A DNA stretch of 64,000 nucleotides from Methanothrix sp. (lineage in GTDB: Archaea; Halobacteriota; Methanosarcinia; Methanotrichales; Methanotrichaceae): contig JAXGJB010000007.1 in the NCBI GenBank assembly GCA_040770465.1, positions 20,770 through 84,769 on the forward strand. The letters run 5' to 3'. Shown in pieces: positions 1 to 9,755 of this stretch. The notes below the pieces were generated by a model. It was not told where the DNA came from. It searched no databases and was given only the letters and a program-made list of their open reading frames with translations. Each line of letters begins with the position of its first letter. Within the stretch, counting starts at the first letter, position 1. The translations under genes and the position numbers were made by a program.

Positions 1-724
1 TCCTTGGCATCACCCCGCTGATCTTCATCAATGCCGACGCCAAATTCGATGGCTGGCCCGTGATCACCGCCGATCCCCTATCGGCAGCATACTCCCGGTA
101 CCGGGAGAGAGCCCTGATCAACAGGCTGCTGGCGATCCATACGACGACCGAGGCGAAGAAGGCGACCCATACGCTCCCCTTCTGCCTGTCGGATCCCCCG
201 CCGCCGAAGTAAAGGGAGTATCGGACAATGTAGAAGGCGACCGTAGAAAGGAAGCTCGCGATCGTCATCACCATCACGTCCCTGTTCTTGACGTGGGTCA
301 GCTCGTGGGCGAGGACCGCCTCCAGTTCCCCCTGGTTGAGCTGATGCCTGATACCCGTCGTCACCGCCACAACGGCGTTTCCGGGGTTTCTGCCGGTGGC
401 GAAGGCGTTGGGCATCGGCGTGTTAACCACGGCTATCTTCGGCTTTGGAAGGTCGGCCATGGCGCAGAGCCTGGAGATCATCTGGTGGAGCTCCGGCTCC
501 TCGCTCTCGGAGACGATCTTGGCCCTCATGCTCATGAGGACGAGCCTGTCGGAGAAGAAGTACTGGATGAGCATGAATATGCTGATGAAGGCGATCATCG
601 CCGTCGGTCCCGCGCCCTGGCTTGCGAGTATCGCCAGAAATGCCAGGTAGACCAGGGCCAAGAGGAACATGGTGAAGAGCATCCTCGCCTCCAACCCCCT
701 ATCGTGCTGCCATCTTCTTTTCAT
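1..724 (-). CDS. htpX: Zinc metalloprotease HtpX (3' end beyond window)
   Basis: Manual translation from ATG at 724: MKRRWQHDRGL...PNAFATGRNPGNAVVAVTTG...AVLAHELTHVKNRD...ALSRYREYAADRG; M48 HExxH motif. Confidence 0.93.
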   Translation of the reverse strand, partial: MKRRWQHDRGLEARMLFTMFLLALVYLAFLAILASQGAGPTAMIAFISIFMLIQYFFSDRLVLMSMRAKIVSESEEPELHQMISRLCAMADLPKPKIAVVNTPMPNAFATGRNPGNAVVAVTTGIRHQLNQGELEAVLAHELTHVKNRDVMVMTIASFLSTVAFYIVRYSLYFGGGGSDRQKGSVWVAFFASVVVWIASSLLIRALSRYREYAADRGSAVITGQPSNLASALMKISGVMPR

Positions 725-902
725 GATCTATTGACACCTTGAGAGAAGCTTGATTTTGGGTTATATTGCTCTTCTGGGATTTAAGGGGTTTGTTGGGGCC
801 TCGCCCGGGCGCTTGGGCCGGCCGCTCGGGAGAGAAGGATCGCCTTCTTTACTCTGATCAGAGCAGAAATCGGCTTCATGAGCCTCTGCGAAGAATCCCG
901 CT

Positions 903-1607
903 TCACCCGCCGAGATATAGCCCCCGGACGTCGGCGTCCTCTAAGAGCGTCCTTCCGGGCCCTTCGTAGCGGTTCCGCCCCATCTCCAGGACGTATCCCC
1001 GGTCGCTTATGGCCAGCGCCTTCTTGGCGTTCTGCTCCACCATCATGATGGCGGTCCCCATCTCGTTGATCTCAACGACCTTCCCGAATACCTGATCCAT
1101 CAGCTTCGGGGAGAGGGCGCTGGAGGGCTCGTCCAAAAGGAGGAGGGCGGGCTCGGCGATGAGGGCCCGGCCGATGGCCACCATCTTCTGCTCGCCGCCG
1201 CTCATCGTCCCCACCTTCTGGTCCATCCTGACCTCGATCTCCGGAAAGATCCGCAGGACCTCGTCCAGGTTCTTGTCCAGGAGATCCCCGTTCGTGAAAG
1301 CCCCCATCTCGAAGTTCTCCCGGGCGGTGAGGCTCGGGAATATGTTCCTCTCCTGGGGGACGTAGCCGATGCCCTTTCGGACGATCAGGTCGGGCCTCAT
1401 CCCCGAGATCTCCTCGCCCCGAAAGACGACCCTCCCGCCCCGAAGCTTTGTGAGGCCGAAGACCGTCTTCATCAGGGTGCTCTTCCCCGCGCCGTTGGGG
1501 CCGATGACGGTCACAATCTCCCCCTCATCTATCCTCATAGAGACATTCTCCAGGATGTTGACGTCGGTGTACCCTGCAGATACGCTCTCAACCTCGAGAA
1601 TATCCAT
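903..1607 (-). CDS. livF: Branched-chain amino acid ABC transporter ATPase (LivF-like)
   Basis: Walker A GPNGAGKS, MSGGEQKM, LLLDEPS, EQNA, C-terminal LYLGG. Confidence 0.92.
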   Translation of the reverse strand: MDILEVESVSAGYTDVNILENVSMRIDEGEIVTVIGPNGAGKSTLMKTVFGLTKLRGGRVVFRGEEISGMRPDLIVRKGIGYVPQERNIFPSLTARENFEMGAFTNGDLLDKNLDEVLRIFPEIEVRMDQKVGTMSGGEQKMVAIGRALIAEPALLLLDEPSSALSPKLMDQVFGKVVEINEMGTAIMMVEQNAKKALAISDRGYVLEMGRNRYEGPGRTLLEDADVRGLYLGG

Positions 1608-1664
1608 CCCCCCTGCGGGCCGAACTTGCTCGGGCTGAAACCGAAGATGAGGATGAGATTAAAA

Positions 1665-1772
1665 ATGATATTGAGGATGATATTGAGGATGATATTGAGG
1701 ATGATATTGAGGATGATATTGAGGATGATATTGAGGATGATATTGAGGATGAGAGTAAGGATGAAATTGAGA
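1665..1772. repeat. 12-bp tandem repeat ATGATATTGAGG, 7 perfect copies (1665-1748) plus 2 degenerate copies
   Basis: Read directly in the livG-livF intergenic region. Confidence 0.95.
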
Positions 1773-1792
1773 CCTCTTCAATGAGCATCGAT

Positions 1793-2569
1793 TTATTGGG
1801 CATCGATCCCGCCTCCCAGATAAGCCTCCAATACCCGCTCGTCGGCCGTGACCTCCTCTGGGGTGCCAAAGGTCATGATCTCCCCCTTGTTCATGACGTA
1901 GACGGTGTCGCAGAGCTCCTTGACGTAGGGGATCCCGTGCTCGATGACCAGGAAGGTGACCCCTCCATCCCGGAGCTCTTTGATGTGGCCGAGGAGCTTC
2001 TTCGAGAGGGTGGGGTTGACCCCGGCGAAGGGCTCGTCGAGGAGGAGCATCTTCGGATCGGCCATCAGAGTCCTCGCCATGGCGAGAAGCTTCTTCTGGC
2101 CGCCTGAGAGGGCGCCGGCGTACTCGTCGGCCATCGTCCCCAGGCTGAAGAACTCCAGGAGATCGAGCGCCCGATCCCTCGTCTTCTCCTCCTCGGTCCG
2201 GACAGCCCCCCGGCGAAAAAAGACGTTCCATATCTTCTCACCCCTCTGGTTCTGAGAGGCGAGCATCATGTTATCGAGGACGGTCATCTTGTTCAGAGCT
2301 CTTGGGATCTGAAAGGTCCTGACAAGCCCCTTCCTCGCGATCCTGAAGCTTGGAACGCCAGCGATGCTCTTTCCCTGAAAGTGGACGTTTCCCGAATCGG
2401 GGACGAGGTCCCCTGTGATCATCTCAAATAGGGTGCTCTTGCCCGCCCCGTTGGGGCCGATGAGCCCCGATATCTCCCCCACTCCAACCGCAAGGCTGCA
2501 GTCGGCTACGGCCGTCATCCCGCCGAAGCTCTTGCTCACCCTTCCGACCTTCAGGATCTCAGCTCTCAA
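1793..2569 (-). CDS. livG: Branched-chain amino acid ABC transporter ATPase (LivG-like)
   Basis: GPNGAGKST, RTFQIPR, LSGGQKKL, DEPFAGVNP, C-terminal EAYLG. Confidence 0.92.
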   Translation of the reverse strand: MRAEILKVGRVSKSFGGMTAVADCSLAVGVGEISGLIGPNGAGKSTLFEMITGDLVPDSGNVHFQGKSIAGVPSFRIARKGLVRTFQIPRALNKMTVLDNMMLASQNQRGEKIWNVFFRRGAVRTEEEKTRDRALDLLEFFSLGTMADEYAGALSGGQKKLLAMARTLMADPKMLLLDEPFAGVNPTLSKKLLGHIKELRDGGVTFLVIEHGIPYVKELCDTVYVMNKGEIMTFGTPEEVTADERVLEAYLGGGIDAQ

Positions 2570-3455
2570 GGCTCAACTCCTCTTTTCTCCCCAGAATTCC
2601 CTGGGGTCGGCGGATCATCAGAAGAATCAGGGCGAGGCCGATGACCACCACCCTGAGGGCGCCCACCTGGGTCGGCTCCAGGGGGAGGTACCCCTGGATG
2701 AACCTCGTCCCGCTGAAGAAGAGCTGGAAGAGGATCGCTCCGAGAAGGACGCCCCTGTTGCTTCCGCTCCCCCCCACCATGATTATGATCCAGGCGTAGA
2801 AGGTCTCGATCGGCATGAAGGTGGTGGGGTTTATGAACTGCATGTAGAAGGCGAGGATCGATCCCGCGGCCGCCGCCATCATCGATCCCAGGACGAGGGA
2901 CTGGACTTTGTAGCTGAAGACGTTCTTTCCCAGGGACGCCGAGACTCCTTCGTCATCCCTGATCGATTTCAGGGCCCGGCCCCAGGGCGACCCGATGAGA
3001 TGCTCCTGGAAAAGATAGAGGCCAAAGACAACGATCAGCACCACCACCATCAGGAATAGCTCGTAATCCCTGGCTCCGATGAGGTCATCGAAGGGCCGAG
3101 GAAACCCGCCGATGCCTATGGACCCGTTGGTGAGCCACGCTTCATTGTGGAGGATGAACCTCACGATCTCCGAGAAGCCGATGGTGGTGATGGCGAGGTA
3201 GTCCTCCCGGAGCCTGAGGGTAGGAACCCCCAGAAGGGCGCCCATGACTCCGGCGAGGAAGATTCCCGCCAGGACCGAGATGAAGAGAGGAACGCCGCTT
3301 GTGCAGAGGAGGACCGTGGTGTAGGCCCCGATGGCCATGAACCCCACATGGCCGAAGTTTAAAAGGCCCGTATACCCCCATTCCAGCTGGAGGCCGAAGG
3401 AGAAGATGGCGTATATCCCCGCCATCAGGATTATGGTGACCAGGTAGTCGATCAT
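2559..3455 (-). CDS. livM: Branched-chain amino acid ABC transporter permease (LivM-like)
   Basis: GYTGLLNFGHVGFMAIGAY, LRLREDYLAITT, SPWGRALKSIRDD. Confidence 0.9.
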   Translation of the reverse strand: MIDYLVTIILMAGIYAIFSFGLQLEWGYTGLLNFGHVGFMAIGAYTTVLLCTSGVPLFISVLAGIFLAGVMGALLGVPTLRLREDYLAITTIGFSEIVRFILHNEAWLTNGSIGIGGFPRPFDDLIGARDYELFLMVVVLIVVFGLYLFQEHLIGSPWGRALKSIRDDEGVSASLGKNVFSYKVQSLVLGSMMAAAAGSILAFYMQFINPTTFMPIETFYAWIIIMVGGSGSNRGVLLGAILFQLFFSGTRFIQGYLPLEPTQVGALRVVVIGLALILLMIRRPQGILGRKEELSLES

Positions 3456-4316
3456 TCATCGCCCTCCCATGATCCCCTGGGGCCGGCGGAGGAGGACGGC
3501 GATCATGATGAAGAAGCTGACCGCGATCTTGTACTCCGAGGGCAAAACCAAAGTCGAGAGCTCCTGGGAGAGGCCGATCACCATCCCCCCCAGCATGGCG
3601 CCGTAGGGGTTTCCTATCCCCCCCAGGATGGCGGCGGAGAAGATGGGGATCACCATGAACCATCCCATGGTCGGGTTGATGTTCGTTATGAGGCCGTAGA
3701 GGACCCCAGCGGCGGCGGCTAGGGCCATCCCTATCGCCCAGGTGAGCCTTATCACCCTGTCCACGTCTATCCCCGAGACCCGGGCGAGGTCGGCGTTGTC
3801 GGAGAGGGCCCTCATCGCCTTCCCCATGGTGGTCTTTGTTAGAAGTCGGTGGATCGCGAGCATCAGAACCAGGGCTACGGCCACCACCGCCAGCTGGTAG
3901 CCGGTGACGACGACGCCTCCGATGCTGATACCCTCCTTCAGGGGCATGGGGTACCTCTTGATGTTGGGGCCGAAGCTGAAGACGAGAAGGTTTCGAAGGG
4001 AGATGGCAAGGCCTATGGAGAGGATCATGAGGGCCGTCCTGTTGGCCCCCTTCGAGCGCATCCGCCTCCATATGACGACGTCAAGGAGTACGGAGAATAG
4101 GGAGGTTGCGGCTATGGCGAGGATGAAGGCCAGGAGAAAGTTGACGCCCCAGAGGGCGGAGAATAGAAACGCGGCGTAGGCTCCAAAGGTGACGAAGTCA
4201 CCGTGGGCGAGGTTTGCGAAGTTGAGGATTCGATAGGTCATGGAGAGGCCGATCGCCGATAGGGCGATTATGCAGCCCAGGACCACGCCGTTGACCACCA
4301 GCTGTTCTGCCGACAT
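3456..4316 (-). CDS. livH: Branched-chain amino acid ABC transporter permease (LivH-like)
   Basis: NFANLAHGD, GKAMRALSDN, ILGGIGNPYGA, RPQGIMG. Confidence 0.9.
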   Translation of the reverse strand: MSAEQLVVNGVVLGCIIALSAIGLSMTYRILNFANLAHGDFVTFGAYAAFLFSALWGVNFLLAFILAIAATSLFSVLLDVVIWRRMRSKGANRTALMILSIGLAISLRNLLVFSFGPNIKRYPMPLKEGISIGGVVVTGYQLAVVAVALVLMLAIHRLLTKTTMGKAMRALSDNADLARVSGIDVDRVIRLTWAIGMALAAAAGVLYGLITNINPTMGWFMVIPIFSAAILGGIGNPYGAMLGGMVIGLSQELSTLVLPSEYKIAVSFFIMIAVLLRRPQGIMGGR

Positions 4317-4535
4317 TTCAAATCTCCGGGTGATTAATCCTCAGGGCGGCCGGGCCCTCCATCATTCAGACCAACCTTCGCCCTCATCCCTTACTTTCCA
4401 TAACATAAACATTTCGTCGATATCGATTTCTATAATAGATTGATGATGTGAGTTGCCAAAATCGATATATACCGAAAAAGCTTCAGATGCCGATATAGGA
4501 GTTCCCAGTTTGAAGATATTTCGGAGGAATCTCTG

Positions 4536-5780
4536 GTGAGAAGACACCAATACGCAATAGGAATAATATTGATCATTGCGGTGGCATTTTCGGGATGTGT
4601 TGACGAAAAAGGCCAAGAGGGGACCAAGACCGTCAAGATAGCAGCTCTTCAATCCCTCACCGGCGATCTGGGCACATACGGCAGCCCCATGACCGATGCC
4701 ATGAATCTCGCGGTGAAAGAGGCGAACGAGAACGGTGGCGTCCTCGGGGCCGAGATCGATCTTCTGGTGGAAGACGACCAGACCTCTGAGATCCCTGCGG
4801 TGGATGCCGCCAACAAGCTAGTCAAGGTGGACAGGGTTCCGGCGATCATAGGTGGGACGGGAAGCGGTCCAAGCTCTGCGATCATCAGCATAACCACCGG
4901 AAGCGGGGTCCTTCAGATATCCTCCTCCAACACCGGGGTCGAGTTCACCAACTACCCCGACAACGACTTCTACTTCAGAACCTGCCCATCGGACGCCCTC
5001 CAGGGGAAGGCGATGGCGAAAATGGCTCTTGACAACGGTTACAGGACAGCTTCGACCCTGGTTCTGAACAACCCCTACGGAACAGGCTTTGAGGAGGTCT
5101 TCGTGGGAGCCTTCGAGGACGGGGGTGGCGAGGTGATCGAGTCGGTGAGGTACGACCCGGCCCAGACGATCTTCGATTCCGAGGTCAGCCGGGTGACCGA
5201 GGACGATCCGGACGTGGTCATGCTCGTCGCCTACCCGCAGACGGGGAGCATCATCCTCAGGACGGCCTACGAGAAGGGCGCGTTTGGGGACGAGGTCGCC
5301 TGGCTCCTCTCGGAGGGGCTCACCGATGAGAACCTGGCGGAGATGACCGGAAAGGACGAAGCTGGTCGGTACATCGTGGCGGGATTGACGGGAACAAGGC
5401 CCGACCCGACGGTGGCAGGACCAGCCGATGAGGACTTCAACCGCAAATACGCCGAGGAGTATGGTATGGAGCCTTCGATCTACTGCTCCAACAGCTACGA
5501 CGCCGCAGCCCTGGTGATCCTGGCGATGGAGCAGGGCGGCGAGGTTTCGGGAACTGCCATCAGGGACAACATAAGGTCGGTCGCAAATCCGCCCGGAACG
5601 GAGGTTACGGATATCGGCGAAGCCCTCGATCTGATCCGCGAGGGCGAGGAGATCAACTATCAGGGCGCCTCCGGCGAACTCACCTTCGACGATAAGGGGG
5701 ACGTATGCGGCAGGTACGCCACCTGGTCCATCGCCGAGGACGGCAGCATCCAGGCTGGCGAGCCGATAGAGACGGAGTGA
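4536..5780 (+). CDS. ABC transporter substrate-binding lipoprotein (LivJ/K family)
   Basis: Lipobox FSGC, LTGDLGTYG, NGGVLG, FRTCPSDALQG, YQGASG; divergent from the liv permeases. Confidence 0.88.
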   Translation: MRRHQYAIGIILIIAVAFSGCVDEKGQEGTKTVKIAALQSLTGDLGTYGSPMTDAMNLAVKEANENGGVLGAEIDLLVEDDQTSEIPAVDAANKLVKVDRVPAIIGGTGSGPSSAIISITTGSGVLQISSSNTGVEFTNYPDNDFYFRTCPSDALQGKAMAKMALDNGYRTASTLVLNNPYGTGFEEVFVGAFEDGGGEVIESVRYDPAQTIFDSEVSRVTEDDPDVVMLVAYPQTGSIILRTAYEKGAFGDEVAWLLSEGLTDENLAEMTGKDEAGRYIVAGLTGTRPDPTVAGPADEDFNRKYAEEYGMEPSIYCSNSYDAAALVILAMEQGGEVSGTAIRDNIRSVANPPGTEVTDIGEALDLIREGEEINYQGASGELTFDDKGDVCGRYATWSIAEDGSIQAGEPIETE

Positions 5781-5994
5781 GCAACTGCTCGCTCCTTTTC
5801 CTCTTTTTTTTCTTTGCTCGCATTATTAACATCTGCAACTTCGATTCCTTCGATAGGTTCACCGAATTGCCTATGTTCCTCAAGGCGATACAACTTGAGG
5901 TCTGCCCAATTGATTCTCAGGTTCAGAGACTACCGAACCGACAAAGCCTAAATAGGACATTATCAATGCCTTTCCCCGTTGTTGGAGGACTAGG

Positions 5995-8900
5995 ATGATC
6001 TCTGAGGTGGCTGGACAATACAACGCGAAAGAGGTTGAGGAGCAGGCGAGGAAGTTCTGGGATGATAAAGGCATCTACGTCAAGACCAGGACGATGAGAA
6101 CCGGCGGCAGAAAGTTCTTCTTCGTCGACGGGCCGCCCTACACCACCGGGAGGATCCACCTAGGGACCGCCTGGAACAAGATCATCAAAGACTCCATCCT
6201 CCGCTACAAGTCGATGAACGACTTCGCCATCAAGGACCGGGCGGGCTGGGACATGCACGGCCTCCCCATCGAGGTGAAGGTGGAGGAATACCTGGGCTTC
6301 AAGAGCAAAAAGGACATCGAGACCTACGGCGTCGATCGGTTCATCGACAAGTGCAAAGAGTTCGCCCTCAGCCAGAAAGACCAGATGACCGAGCAGTTCA
6401 ACACCCTCGGAGCCTGGCTCAACTGGGAAGACCCCTACATGACCCTCAAAGACGAGTACCTGGAGGCGGCCTGGTGGACTCTGAAGAGGGCGAACGAGAG
6501 AAAACTCCTGGAGCGGGGATTCCGGGTCGTGAACTGGTGCCCCCGCTGCGAGACCGCCATCGCCGACGCCGAGGTCGAGTACTGGGAGGAGACCGATCCG
6601 TCGATATACGTCAAGTTCCCGGTGGTGGGCGAGGAAAACACCTTCATGATGATCTGGACGACGACGCCGTGGACGATACCCGCCAACGTCGGAGTTGCCG
6701 TCCACCCCGACTTCGAGTACTCTCGGGTCCGGGCCTGGAAGGACGACCCCGAGAAGGCCGAGATCCTGATCATGGCCACGCCCCTCGTCGAGAGCGTCCT
6801 CCGGGAGGGGAGGTACAAGGACTACGAGATCCTGGACCGGTTCGGAGGGAAGGAGCTTGAGGGGCTCGAATATGAGCACCCGCTCGTCGATCTGGTCCCG
6901 GCCCAGAAGGAGATCTCGCACCGGATACACCTGGCAGACTTCGTCACCGCCGAGAACACGGGCTCGGTCCACATCGCCCCAGGCCACGGTCTAGAGGACT
7001 TCGAGCTCGGCGTCCAGAAAGGGATGCCCATCTTCTGCCCCGTCGGCGAGGACGGCCGGTATACGGAAGAGGCGGGGGAGAAGTACGTCGGCAAGTACGT
7101 CCGGGCCGCAAACGGCGAGGTGAACGAAGACCTGGCGGACCGAGGCCTCCTCCTCGCCCAGGGGGATATCGTCCATCGGTACGGCCACTGCTGGAGGTGC
7201 AAGACCCCCATCATCTTCATCGCAACCCCTCAGTGGTTCCTCAAGATCTCAGACCTCCGGAACGATATGCTCGACGAGATCGCGCGTGTCAAGTGGTACC
7301 CCGACTGGGCGGGCTCCGCACGGTTCAGGGACTGGATCAGCGGCGCCCGAGACTGGTGCATCTCTCGGCAGAGGTACTGGGGGATACCGCTCCCCATCTG
7401 GATCTGCAGCGAGTGTGGAAAGATGGAGGTAATCGGCTCGATGGAGGAGCTGAACGCCCGGAGCGGCTCCGTGGTCAATGAGCTCCACCGCCCTGCCGTC
7501 GATCGCGTGACCCTCAAATGCCCCTGCGGCGGCGAGATGCGAAGGGTCCCCGACGTCTTCGACGTCTGGTTTGACAGCGCCGTCGCCTCCTGGGCGACCC
7601 TCAACTATCCGCGAGACCAAAACCAGCTCAAAGAGTGGTGGCCCGCCGACTTCATCACCGAAGGCCACGACCAGACCCGGGGCTGGTTTTACTCCCAGCT
7701 CGGAGCGAGCATGGTCTCCTTCGGGGTCGCACCTTACAAGAGCGTCCTGATGCACGGCTTCACCCTGGACGACAAGGGGAAGAAGATGAGCAAAAGCATA
7801 GGAAATGTAGTCCAGCCCGAAGAGGTGGTCTCCAAGTTCGGGGCCGACACCCTGCGGTTCTACGTCCTCTCATCCAACGCCCCCTGGGAGGACATCCACT
7901 TCAGCTGGGAGGAGGTGGCGAACACCAACAGGATGCTGAACATCCTATGGAACGCCTATCGTTTTCCCCTGCCCTACATGATCCTGGACAGGTTCGACCC
8001 TACGAGGACGACCCTCGAAGAGTGCCGGGACGGGCTCAGGCCCGAGGACCGGTGGATCCTCTCGAGGGTCAACAGCCTCGCGGCAGAAGTCCAGGCAGGC
8101 ATGGACTCCTACCAGCTCCAGAGGGCGACAAGAGCCTTATCGGAGTTCGTCCTGGAAGACCTTTCCAGGTGGTACATCCAGCTCGTCAGGCCGCGGACCT
8201 GGATCGAGACCGACGATCCTGACAAGCTCGCCGCCTACGCCACAATCTACGAGGTGATGGTCACTCTGGCCAAGCTCCTCGCCCCCTTCGCCCCCTTCAC
8301 CGCCGAGACGATCTACCAGAACCTGGTGAGGAGCACCGACTCCGAGGCTCCGGAATCGGTTCACATGTGCGGATGGCACAGTCCGAGGTCCGACCTCGTC
8401 GATCAGGCTCTGGAGAAGGAGATGGAGCTGGTTAGAGACGTGGTGGAGGCGGTATCCAACGCCCGCCAGAAGGGCGGACGGAAGCTGAGGTGGCCCGTCT
8501 CAGAGGTCATCGTCGCACCCACAAAAGAGATCCCCAACCTGAAAGACCTTCAGGGGATCCTCAAGAGCCAGACCAACTGCAAGAAGGTCACCGTCATGAA
8601 CGTTGGCGAGAAGCCCGAGATGGAGATCGCCACGAATCCCGTCCCAAAGAAGATCGGCCCCGTCTTCAAAGGCGACGCCCAGAAAGTGATAGAAGCCCTG
8701 AAGGAGGCGGACCCCACAAAAATAAGAGACGGGATCAAATCAGGCGAATGCCGTGTTGGAGGTTACGCCATCGCTCCCGATATGGTCGAGTTCCTCGAGA
8801 AGATCCCCGAGAACCTGGTGGCAGCCGACTTCTCCAGCGGGACCGTCTACGTCGACATCACCCTCACCGAGGAGCTGAAGGCCGAAGGCTATGCGAGAGA

Positions 8901-9147
8901 GATCATAAGGAGGATCCAGGACATGAGAAAGGAGCTGGACCTCCGGGTCGAGGAGAAGATCGAGGCCTCCGTCAGGGTGGAGGACGCTGGGGTTCTGAAG
9001 CTCGTCGAGACGATGAAAGATCATATCGGAAGCGAGGTGAGGGCGAAACGGCTCGACCTCGGGTCGGAGCTGAAAGTCTCCGGTTCCCTGGTAAAGGACT
9101 GGTCAGTAGAGGATGTGGAGATGACCATAGGCATCTCTCATGGATAA
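5995..9147 (+). CDS. ileS: Isoleucine--tRNA ligase
   Basis: [46 protein letters not shown]. Confidence 0.98.
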   Translation: MISEVAGQYNAKEVEEQARKFWDDKGIYVKTRTMRTGGRKFFFVDGPPYTTGRIHLGTAWNKIIKDSILRYKSMNDFAIKDRAGWDMHGLPIEVKVEEYLGFKSKKDIETYGVDRFIDKCKEFALSQKDQMTEQFNTLGAWLNWEDPYMTLKDEYLEAAWWTLKRANERKLLERGFRVVNWCPRCETAIADAEVEYWEETDPSIYVKFPVVGEENTFMMIWTTTPWTIPANVGVAVHPDFEYSRVRAWKDDPEKAEILIMATPLVESVLREGRYKDYEILDRFGGKELEGLEYEHPLVDLVPAQKEISHRIHLADFVTAENTGSVHIAPGHGLEDFELGVQKGMPIFCPVGEDGRYTEEAGEKYVGKYVRAANGEVNEDLADRGLLLAQGDIVHRYGHCWRCKTPIIFIATPQWFLKISDLRNDMLDEIARVKWYPDWAGSARFRDWISGARDWCISRQRYWGIPLPIWICSECGKMEVIGSMEELNARSGSVVNELHRPAVDRVTLKCPCGGEMRRVPDVFDVWFDSAVASWATLNYPRDQNQLKEWWPADFITEGHDQTRGWFYSQLGASMVSFGVAPYKSVLMHGFTLDDKGKKMSKSIGNVVQPEEVVSKFGADTLRFYVLSSNAPWEDIHFSWEEVANTNRMLNILWNAYRFPLPYMILDRFDPTRTTLEECRDGLRPEDRWILSRVNSLAAEVQAGMDSYQLQRATRALSEFVLEDLSRWYIQLVRPRTWIETDDPDKLAAYATIYEVMVTLAKLLAPFAPFTAETIYQNLVRSTDSEAPESVHMCGWHSPRSDLVDQALEKEMELVRDVVEAVSNARQKGGRKLRWPVSEVIVAPTKEIPNLKDLQGILKSQTNCKKVTVMNVGEKPEMEIATNPVPKKIGPVFKGDAQKVIEALKEADPTKIRDGIKSGECRVGGYAIAPDMVEFLEKIPENLVAADFSSGTVYVDITLTEELKAEGYAREIIRRIQDMRKELDLRVEEKIEASVRVEDAGVLKLVETMKDHIGSEVRAKRLDLGSELKVSGSLVKDWSVEDVEMTIGISHG

Positions 9148-9171
9148 TTAATATATAAGATTAGTCTCAGA

Positions 9172-9642
9172 GTGGTCGGCATGGAAGTGCCGTCGCCTCC
9201 CCTGAAGGTCAAGGTCAAGGGCGTCTACGCCATCCATGCCGGCGGGGACATGGTCGCTCCAGTCGTCCTCCTGGAGGACGAGGCTTCGAGGATAGTCCCC
9301 GTCTTCGTGGGGCTCTCTGAGGCGATCTCGATATACCGGGCCCTCTCAGGATCGGTATCTCCCCGACCCACCACCCACGACCTCTTCGTATCCACCCTGG
9401 AGAGCCTCGGGGCGCGGATCTCCGGGGTCCTCATCGACGACCTGGACGGTGGAGTCTACTACGCCCGCCTCTCGGTATCCATCGACTCTGTGGAGCGGGA
9501 GGTGGACGCAAGGCCCAGCGACTGCATGGCCCTCGCCCTCCGCTCGGGAGCGCCCATCACCATCCAGGAGAAGGTCGTCGTCGAATCCGCCATGGACAGG
9601 AAGGATCTTGAGAACCTGAAAGGGATCGAGAACTACCTCTAG
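9172..9642 (+). CDS. Bifunctional nuclease family protein (DUF151)
   Basis: EAISI, RPTTHDL, DARPSDCMALALR. Confidence 0.9.
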   Translation: MVGMEVPSPPLKVKVKGVYAIHAGGDMVAPVVLLEDEASRIVPVFVGLSEAISIYRALSGSVSPRPTTHDLFVSTLESLGARISGVLIDDLDGGVYYARLSVSIDSVEREVDARPSDCMALALRSGAPITIQEKVVVESAMDRKDLENLKGIENYL

Positions 9643-9755
9643 CTCTAAGATTAGATCAAATCGGCACTCTCTTTGCTAGCGGTGCAGAAATTTTAGTTCA
9701 TCTCTCGATAGACGATCATCTAATAAATGGTCGAATGTTCATTTGAAAGCATCGT

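Noticed and set aside
293-742. Long antisense or alternate-frame ORFs here and throughout (e.g. 31696-32853, 36047-37078, 55360-56421, 59613-60641)
   Set aside because: Shadows of real genes caused by high GC3; no independent motifs.
1665-1772. Possible CRISPR array (also 30088-30152)
   Set aside because: Head-to-tail short units with no unique spacers.
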